Shown here in pieces: positions 55,352 through 64,000 of a stretch of DNA of 64,000 nt (position 1 is the first letter of the stretch; the number at the start of each line of letters is the position of its first letter). Both the position numbers and the translations under genes were made by a program. Under the pieces are notes generated by a model. That model worked only from the letters and a program-made list of their open reading frames with translations. It had not been told where the DNA came from and searched no databases. Source of the DNA: Trichoplax adhaerens (taxonomy: Eukaryota; Animalia; Placozoa); contig NW_002060947.1 of NCBI RefSeq assembly GCF_000150275.1, positions 134,494-198,493 on the forward strand. Direction: 5' to 3'.

Positions 55352-56598
55352 TTGTTTTTCTTTATATTTAGTGCTATCGAATCGCATTACTGTTGTCCTT
55401 GTAAGTGTGTCTATGATGGGTGCTATTCATAAATAGATAATGGCAGTTGAGATATCTCGAATATTTACTCGCTAAAATTTTAATATAATATCGTTAATGG
55501 CATGTTCGAAATGGGATTAGGCTTCATTATTTAATTAATTAATAAATACATTTATATGTATATGATTATATTATAATTCGTGACCGCTAGAAACAATGGC
55601 CTCTTGAATAGTACTAAAAAATATAACGTATTAGATTGTTGTAATAATGGTGTATACGAAGATTATCTAATATACTTACAAGTGTAATATACTTCGAGAA
55701 ACGATTCTAATTAATTTCTCTTAAAATTCTCTTTCGCAAATAGACTTAGGGTTATTTTGTCTCATCGTCATTTTGGCTATCTTTAACCAAATATCTTTAC
55801 TATCTATCAGAAAATAGAACTAAAGGATCAAATTTCTATTTTATAGATTAACAACAACGGTAAGTGATCTTGAAATTTTTAACTTTCAAATTAATAAGAT
55901 CTAAAATTGTGTTTATACTGTGTCTTCGAGTAATTCTAGCGCTTAGTTTCAAATATTAGATTACGAATCGTAGTTATTTAATCTGCAGCCCATAATTGAC
56001 TTCGCCAAGGAATGCTTTTAGTTAGAATTTAAGATGCCCATTGATAGTGGCTAAACTAGTATTTACAGTATTATTCGAATTTCGGGACGATTGATGAAGG
56101 ATTAGACTATCTTGATATAGTTGGGTATCAGACCAACAAGTTACTGACGTTTCAAAAATATTAGAAGCAGACACGGACGTTTTACAGTCAACTTATTATT
56201 ATGCTCGTATAATGCATGTGATATTCTAAAATTAGTGTATTTTATAAAATTTGCACGGGGGTTATTAAAGTTTTGACTAGTCATACGAAAATTTAATATA
56301 TTCGGCTATTTCAATAATTTCTTGGCAAGGTGTTCATTTTATGTGTAATTATTTTCCTTTATATTTGGTGCTATCGAATCGCATTACTATTGTCCATGTA
56401 AGCGTGTCTATGATGGGCACTATTCATAAATAGATAATGGTAGTTGAGACACGGATACCTTACAGTCAACTTATTATTATACTCGTATAATGCATATGAT
56501 ATTCTAAAATTAGTGTGAACTTCTACATAATAAAATAAAATAAGGTTTGACTGGTCATACGAAAATTTAATATCTTCGGCTATTTCAATAATTTCTTG
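55352..56598. repeat. Old tandem duplication upstream of the minus-strand GPCR (A-spacer-B then A'B')
   Basis: Block A (~55352-55452, GTGCTATCGAATCGCATTACT...AGTTGAGA) repeats at ~56310-56449. Block B (~56170-56286, GACACGGA...TTCAATAATTTCTTG) repeats at ~56447-56598. About 720 bp separate A and B in the first unit only, with AGA microhomology at the junction. Confidence 0.8.
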
Positions 56599-59500
56599 CT
56601 GATGTATTTATATTACGAGAAATTACAGTACTCATAGAGTGGCAACTTATATATTTGGAACTGTCAATATGCGATTTGAAGTTGCGTAGTTAACCTTAAT
56701 CAATAAGCAGATGTTCAGTAAACTAATTATTTAAATTTTTATAAACAGGAAGAATCAATGTCATGACTACTTGAATATTCTACCTGTAAGCCACCTTTAG
56801 TCTAAAATGATTTAATATCTAATTCATTAGAAATTTTATACCCTTGAGCTGCAATAATATGGTTATAAGAATCAAAAATATAATATTTTGTGGGCGAAAA
56901 TTATCATACATGGCCTAAAATTAGAAGCTCTGCGGCCTTACCGGATATGATATGTTATCGTGATGTCAGAAGTTGACAGTGAAAAGCCCGCATTGATTAT
57001 AGAGTACAGTTATTTCCTAAATTACTTTACGATTTTAATCATGTTCGAAAAATTAATTTCATCATCACCTGAATGTTTATAACTGTTATCATATTGTATA
57101 GTTAAGTAGACTATTCCAATAATCTGTCATCTATATTTCATAATAAGTATATGTGAATAATTAAATAAAATTAAAGTTAATACTACACATTAGCATGATA
57201 TTTACAACGTAAAATTTCAGCACGCTCATTTAATCCCTGTGCACTAGAATCGTAAGTAAATTTAATGAAGATCTTTGTATTCTACAAATTAGATTGTTTA
57301 AAACTTTCATTCTGGTTCAAATTGAAGCCTTGTAAATTCCTTACTTAATAGATTATAGATGAAAGTTGTTACAACAGAAATTAGTTCATATGTTTTTATC
57401 CTAGTATGCAGTACTGAATAGGATAAAACATAGCACATATCAGAAAATAATAGTATATATTAGTTTCTATCAGTCATAGAAATATGTATGTATTACCTAT
57501 CCATATATAAAAGTAGTTTCAAGATACCATGTGCAACGATAAATAGTCTGTAGGTAAAGAAGATTGTTGAAACTGTGAACAATAGCTATCGTTGGATTAA
57601 TGGATAACGTTCGTTATTATAGGGCTTGAATGACAGTTAAATATCATTTTTCAATGTTGTACACTAAATAAAATGAAATAGTCATACAATTGAACTTTGT
57701 TATTTAATAGATGTTTAATTTATTTGGCTAATATCTAATAACTTATATTATTTCTCTAATAATATTCATGTTCTATACGTATTGAGAAAGCCTAAATACG
57801 ACGATGTCATTCGCAAGCATTGTAGAATAGATGCTATAGAAGAAAATTTGTAAATTTAGATTAAAAAAGGAATGAGAAGTAAACTAAAAGCATGCTAAGC
57901 TTGCTTTCAAATGATGATGATAAAATTCATAAATTCGTAATGCTGTCATAATTACAAACATTAGTTATCCCTTTTTAGTTATTTAAATCAGGTGATATTA
58001 TATGAAATTATAGTTCTGGATATTTATTGTTGATATTATGGAGGTGCAGAGGTAAAAATTTCGTTGCAATCCAAATCAATCATATAATACTATATATTTA
58101 CTACTGAAAACATTTACATTATAGTTCTTAGGTAAATCGTTTTATAATCGTACACTCATCAGGGTAAGAATCGTAAACCGTTAAATTCTTCTATATTATT
58201 TGGCTAGTAAATTTATAATTGCAATTTATGTGATACCGGTACAAAATTTACTATAAATCCATATGGAGACAAGATTGTATATATTTTGGTACTATTAAAA
58301 TATTTTAGAAGGTAAAATAAATGCATTATGATGGCTATTTCGTCAAAGAACTGAATACATACCAAGAAATTTACGTCATGGAAAGTCTTTTGATTATTTT
58401 TTTTACCAACTTTTACATTTTATGAATAATTTAATTATAATTAAAAAGTGGCATAAAATTGTTGCCACCATACCAATTATGATTCGCGATCAAAGCTGAA
58501 AAAAGCATATATTTTGTTTTGGTTGATTTCAGATTTTTTGATATCAACTGTGTTGTAAATTACCTTGGATAGGGATGATCACATTTATTGTAGCTATTGT
58601 TGAGAATATTCTTACAACATTTCTCGTTAACCTTAAATGACGTCACGAAGGTAAAATAGACATATTCGAATGGCTTGATTTGTTTAATTTTGGGCTTTAA
58701 TCCGATTGCATGATATCAAATTTAAAAAGCAGCAATATGCAAGCATTATTATAATAAAACAAAGGCTAAAATTGCTTTCGTTGCTGGATGCCAGTAAACT
58801 TTGGATAAAAGATTGATGCGCAATTCGCACCATATGTGAACATTCTTTGTTGCGTATATTACAGATACTTGAAGTAATATTTTAGAGTACAAGGCAGTTT
58901 TTGTTATACGTATCTACTACATTATGAGCTAACTAAGTAAGTAAACATATTACACCAGCTTAATGGCGTCTATTCGACGTAGTCAAAAGATAATTTAATT
59001 AACAAAATAATCTAGCAATAAACCAACATAGTACTGTATTAAGATTATATAAAACTTAGATCTATAAGCTTTACCATTGACAATATATCCAGGAGTTCAA
59101 TCTAATTAAGAAGCTATTAGAGTTCCATCTCTAATCTTTCTAATTTTGACACTATTATCTAATATATCGGGTTCAAATACACTTCACACTATCTGCAGGC
59201 CGTTATTTTGTAAAATTAGACTCTAAAGATCAGATGGCGAAGTTTCAAGAATACGCGTAATGAATTGATTAATATTTGAAGTAATATAGGACATTGAATT
59301 CATAATATACTCTATCATCTATGCTTTAATCTACAATCTACTGTAATTTGATTATGATCTCAACAAATTATAGTATATGCGCTTTATTCTTATCTACAGT
59401 ATAGAAATTGAACATCTTGTGATAGTATCGGAACTAGTCTTACTATAATATTAAGATAAATATGTCTAAACTTAGAGCGATTCCGTGATCAAACTAAGGC

Positions 59501-59741
59501 ATTATAATAACCAATAACATCATTTAGTTTCTCGAGGCAAGATCGTATTGTGGAAATAGTACTTTATGTTTCTTTATTGAACAAATGATACGGTTGCATT
59601 TAAAGTTAGTAAACTATAACTAGTAAAGGCCTTCTATATAGTATAATATTGATAAAATGGAAGTATTTTATTTGCTTATACTTTACTTAATACGATTTCG
59701 GTATAGTATCTTAGTTAACTACTTGTTTTATACTATTGTAA

Positions 59742-60392
59742 TGTAACTTAGTATTGTGATTGTAAACTGTCAGCCATGTTTAGTATAATATACGGTAGAT
59801 AGTTATCCTAAAAGATATTTGGGAGCCATAAATATAGACTGTAGTGGTATAGACTCTATGCTAGAGTAAAGATGACTATATACAGTAAGGTGTTGAGTTA
59901 CTAACAAGGCTATAGGTAAAAATAGAACTGTAAATCATGTATTAGGATATGGCTATTTCATTGTACTTTGGCTGGTGTGAATAATATCTACGTGAATACT
60001 GTAGTCGTATCCATATCGGATTAATGACGGTCCGCAATAGAACAGTGTTACTGAGAATACTCTAACTATGTGTAAAATAAGATTAAAGGTTGCCATACGG
60101 ATTGTAGCTGCGAATGCTACGAAAAGTATAAAAGCATGCAACTTTAGATAATTCTGTTAGTTCGTTGTAGAAGTCTTTAGTAGTAGTATTCGGCTAGAGT
60201 AGAGCTACGTGTAGCTAATCTTTGTATAAGACTTAATAAAGCCCCTATTTTTCTAAAATTTGGAATTTCGTGATCGGTATATATCATATATATGAACGTG
60301 ACCGTATGCGAAGTCGGTCACTATCTGGCATGATATTTAGCAAATGCTCGTATAAAAACATTTAATCCTAGTGGTCGGTTAGCGTAGTTACA
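59742..60392 (+). mobile_element. Possible older solo LTR, 651 bp, upstream of GPCR G
   Basis: TGTAACT...AGTTACA (7-bp inverted termini), TATAAAA near 60127 and AATAAA at 60235-60240. Flanks TGTAA/GATAA match only 3/5. Confidence 0.35.
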
Positions 60393-60771
60393 GATAAAAA
60401 TTCTTAATTTTCAAATATATCTTACTTTTTAGCTTTGATATTCTTATATTAATATTTGAGTAGAGCAGCTCTAAACATTTATATAACAGTTTTATGATCA
60501 AATTATATACCGTCAAAACAAAGTTCATGAATGATTCGTTAAATGTTTGATTCTAGCATTGACTAAAAATCATATAATTGCATTGATCTTAGTAACACTC
60601 TAAATATATCCTTCATAAAAAGAGAATTATGTCAAGAATATCTGTTTACCGCTGAAACAGAGCTACAGCAAACAACTTTTTTAGCCTTCGCAATATATTG
60701 GGGCACCAACTTCTTTATAGGTTATTGAACTTCTACTCCTCTTAGAGTATTTATTTTTATTAACTTTAAAA

Positions 60772-63044
60772 ATGTTATCCCAAGAATTAAATAATAACCA
60801 TACAAACTTTTCCGTTACAATTCTTTCGAAGAATTTCAAGACAGTGTTCATACCATTATGGCTTATATCGATTATCATAGCAACCTTAGGAAGTGCTATG
60901 ATATTATATGTAATACTTCGAAAATATCACCTAAAGATACCACCTACAGATGTGATGATTCTAAATGTGACCATAGCCGACTATCTATTCGTATTGTCGA
61001 AGTAATATAATTGTTGACATAAGATATGAAGTGAAACTAATTCGGGTAGTTTAAAATTAGATGACTTCAGTGCCACACTTACTAATGTACTATATCATAA
61101 AATGCCTTTAAATATTGATACGGGTTGCCGTTTAAAATTATAGATTATGAATTGCAAGTTCTGCTTTTAAAGGCCAACAATTTCAGTAGTCTTACATTTC
61201 TTCAGTAATTTTTTGAGAATTATAGAGTACATTATTAGGAAACTGCCAACTTAGCATATTTTACTGTTTAAGCAACATTCAGAATTCACAGAAAAATTCT
61301 TAGACTGTAAAAATACTAATACTGATAGAAAATACTAATCGGTTTTAATGCCTCGAGATTTAAACTTTTTTAAATATAATTCAATGCTGTCAATGTATCA
61401 AGAATAACTACGTAGCAATTAAAATTGTTAATTGCAATAGATCGATAAGAATGGATATAGTACAAAATTATTAAATTCTTTGATAGTCCGCAATAAGATT
61501 AATATTCTTGGTTGTAAAATGTTTAGTTCGTGGTAAATACTCTGACTTGTATAAGGAACGTATTTAATATTTAACATTATTAAACTAAGCATTATTTTTG
61601 AAATAGTGTTACCTTCATGCTACTTTTGGCCTGGAGTGTATTTAAGAAACCCCTTTTTCGCTCAAATACATTCTTATGTAGATTTTTCTTCATTTCGGTG
61701 TCATTTTTTTTGGGCTAGCACGGTAATTTTGGCTACTCTAGCCTTAATGCGATACTCTAGAATTGTAAAGACAAATCAACTTCGCCAATTATTTTCGAAG
61801 CAAAACAGCATTCTTATTGTATGCTTTACGTGGATTTTGCCAATATTGGCTGTATTACCTCCCTTATTTGATTTCTTGGGAGAGCTTGTATTTGTTGAGA
61901 ATTATGGTGGGATTTGTCTTCTATCACTTGATCCTCCCCATCATGTTAGTAATATTACTTATAATATTATAATCTTTGGAATATGTTTTACTTTTGCAAA
62001 TATAATCATTTTTTATTGTTATTATCGAATATAAAAAATGGTTCATGAAAGTTCTAATCGTGTTAGAAGAACTAATGATACAGATAGCCATGATTCAGGA
62101 ACATATACAAATGATAACAAGAATAGATTGTTAAGAAAACCAAATGATAGCAGACTAAATGCTGTATTATTCGTGGTCTCTCTTGGATATACAGTATCTT
62201 ATGGGCCTATTACAATATCATCGTTTCTGAGAATGATGGGATTGGTAAAACTGAACTTAGAGCAGTCACTCATATGTTTCACTTTAATGTACTTAAACAG
62301 TATGATAAATCCGTGGGTGTGTTACAGTGTTATATACTGTATTACAGTAGAAATATCTATGCTAGGATAATTCTGTTAGACTATCCTTATTTAGTTAACT
62401 TCTAATTTGGATATACTGTGTTTTAATATTGTACTGACTTTTTATGACAGTGACACTTATACACATACTGAAATTAATAGTTATAATAGGGAATGCAAAT
62501 CATCTACTTACAGTTCGAATCATTGTGATTGTAATTTACTTATGGTAGATTGTAAATTATCGTGGAAAAGTTCCGTGATAGGACATATCGTAATCTGACT
62601 ATTCTGTATTAGTCATTACATGTCTATATTCGTAAATACTGTTGTCTGCATTAAGGGAGCAGTAGCTAAACTTAATATCTAATTCAGTAAATGATTCCGA
62701 GGTTAATTATATTAACTATGACTCATGAATTATTGAGGAATAGTATATAAATGCAGTATGTCGTGAAATAAAGAGGATTCTTAAACTTAGTGTTTAACGT
62801 AAAATACGAGGCGTTTAAGTCTTTGTGTAGTCTGCTAGTAGAGCAAAAGTGTTTGTGATAGTGCAGATGTCGTTCCTTGATACGTGGTTTAAGGAAGTGA
62901 CTTATTGATCGTATATTACGTTATCTTGTTGCAAAGCTGTTTTGTGACAGGGTGTTACTACTAAGTTGCCGAAGGTATCGAAAGTTTATATTAAGCAACT
63001 TTGGCACAATCCGACGTAGAAGTTCCGTGGTTTCTCTGCCATAA
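60772..63044 (+). pseudogene. Class A GPCR paralogue G, pseudogene split by a solo LTR
   Basis: Exon 1 60772-61001; exon 2 from 61607 (VTFMLLLAWSVFKKPLFRSNTFLCRF). Frameshift in TM3 near 61680-61711 (34 nt where D has 36). TAA at 62032-62034 replaces the Tyr of YYRIY. After NPWV a 630-bp insertion, then LLLSCRRYRKFILSNF...SLP* (62955-63044). Confidence 0.9.
62320..62949 (+). mobile_element. Solo LTR-like insertion, 630 bp, within the TM7/helix 8 coding region of GPCR G
   Basis: TGTTACA...TGTGACA termini; perfect TSD GGGTG (62315-62319 / 62950-62954). Removing it restores NPWVLLLSCRRYRKF (paralogue D: NPWIILLTNQHYRRF). TATATAAA near 62744 followed by AATAAA near 62767. Second copy at 45955-46942. 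Confidence 0.92.
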
Positions 63045-64000
63045 CATTTCGCAATAGGTAATAAGGGATAACAATAAATTGCAAGCGTACTTACTGGAAT
63101 ATTAGGAATTATAGTAAAATAAATTATTTCATATTTCTAAATGCGCTAAATGCGTTTAGTAAACTCACGGAAAGCGTTAGTTTTAAATACGCGTACATTT
63201 AAAGTTGTAGAAATTTCGATAACTTAGTCATCTTAGGAAGTGATAGTTAAAGTTCTAATCAATGCGTCAGTTATTATTCATATAACAGCTATTAATCATA
63301 GCGCTTAACCTAAATATCTCGTTATTTGTTAAAACAGCAATTCTTTATACTTATTTTATAGTATGTGAATTATTAAAAAATAGCTTGAACCCTCGAATCC
63401 ATCAAGCAGACATGACCTCAACCTTTTGGCTCTATTTTTTGTAGAAAGCACATATACGATAGCTACGTATCTCATTAGTATGTAAGGAATAGTGCGTGCT
63501 TTTATCTGGCTCTCCAGCATTTATTTTCTGTTCTTAACTTGAAATCACAATAATGTGTGTGAACTTATAGGGATGCGATTGTGAAATAGTAAATTGTTAT
63601 TAAAACGGATATAAGAGAAATCTTTATAACATAGAGAGCAAATATATTTTTGAAATAGAACACTAATATTACACTGTATACAGCATATATTGGTACATAT
63701 ATAATGTATATATAAGAATATATACTGATCTTTCACGTTTTAGATTTTATCATTACGTGGAACAGGTCTTAATTATTAATATGATATGCATATCTAGTCT
63801 AATATTCATAACTTATTAATTGCAAGAGCAGTGGACTAAAAGCAATTTTTCTTTGTATTTAGCTTCTTCTAAGAGATATTGTTAGTGTCTACAGCAAAAA
63901 AATTATTAAATATTAACAAGATATCTACTGATTATAGTGAGCTAAAACGCAAAAGAGGTTGTTTGTCGTAAGCGATAGTAAATAACCTTAAGTATTACGT

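Noticed and set aside
15339-63044. Array GPCRs as true opsins
   Set aside because: The position equivalent to rhodopsin Lys296 (six residues before the TM7 N) is F, C or Y in all six, so there is no Schiff-base lysine.
12000-64000. Remaining 60-90 aa ORFs in the track (e.g. 13036, 14498, 26248, 34449, 45145, 48789, 62407, 63545)
   Set aside because: No motifs or splice-compatible partners; expected by chance in AT-rich DNA, and several are antisense to GPCR exons or lie inside repeats.

Overview
AT-rich animal genomic DNA with short GT-AG introns; the composition, intron sizes and GPCR array suggest a placozoan (Trichoplax-like), which is inference only. The first 12 kb hold three housekeeping genes rebuilt exon by exon: a myotubularin MTMR6/7/8 phosphatase (+, first exon not found), a UCH-L1/L3 deubiquitinase with a 12-nt micro-exon (-), and a three-exon Pam17-like mitochondrial import-motor gene (+), a family usually described as fungal and absent from mammals. 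Between the last two lie a 4 x 286-bp tandem repeat and a dense TACAG/TACTG field. Two 5-bp indels between the repeat copies (TA vs TACAGTA/TACTGTA) match Tc1/mariner excision footprints. From 15 kb on is a tandem array of six paralogous two-exon class A GPCRs (melatonin receptor/GPR84/Tre1-Moody/placopsin-like, no retinal-binding Lys): three intact and three pseudogenes. An unrelated intronless GPCR lies on the minus strand. The array carries a TA-flanked MITE and six TG...CA solo-LTR-like insertions with 5-bp TSDs, one nested in another and one splitting the TM7/helix 8 of a GPCR. All comparisons to known proteins were made by eye from memory; no database search was run.
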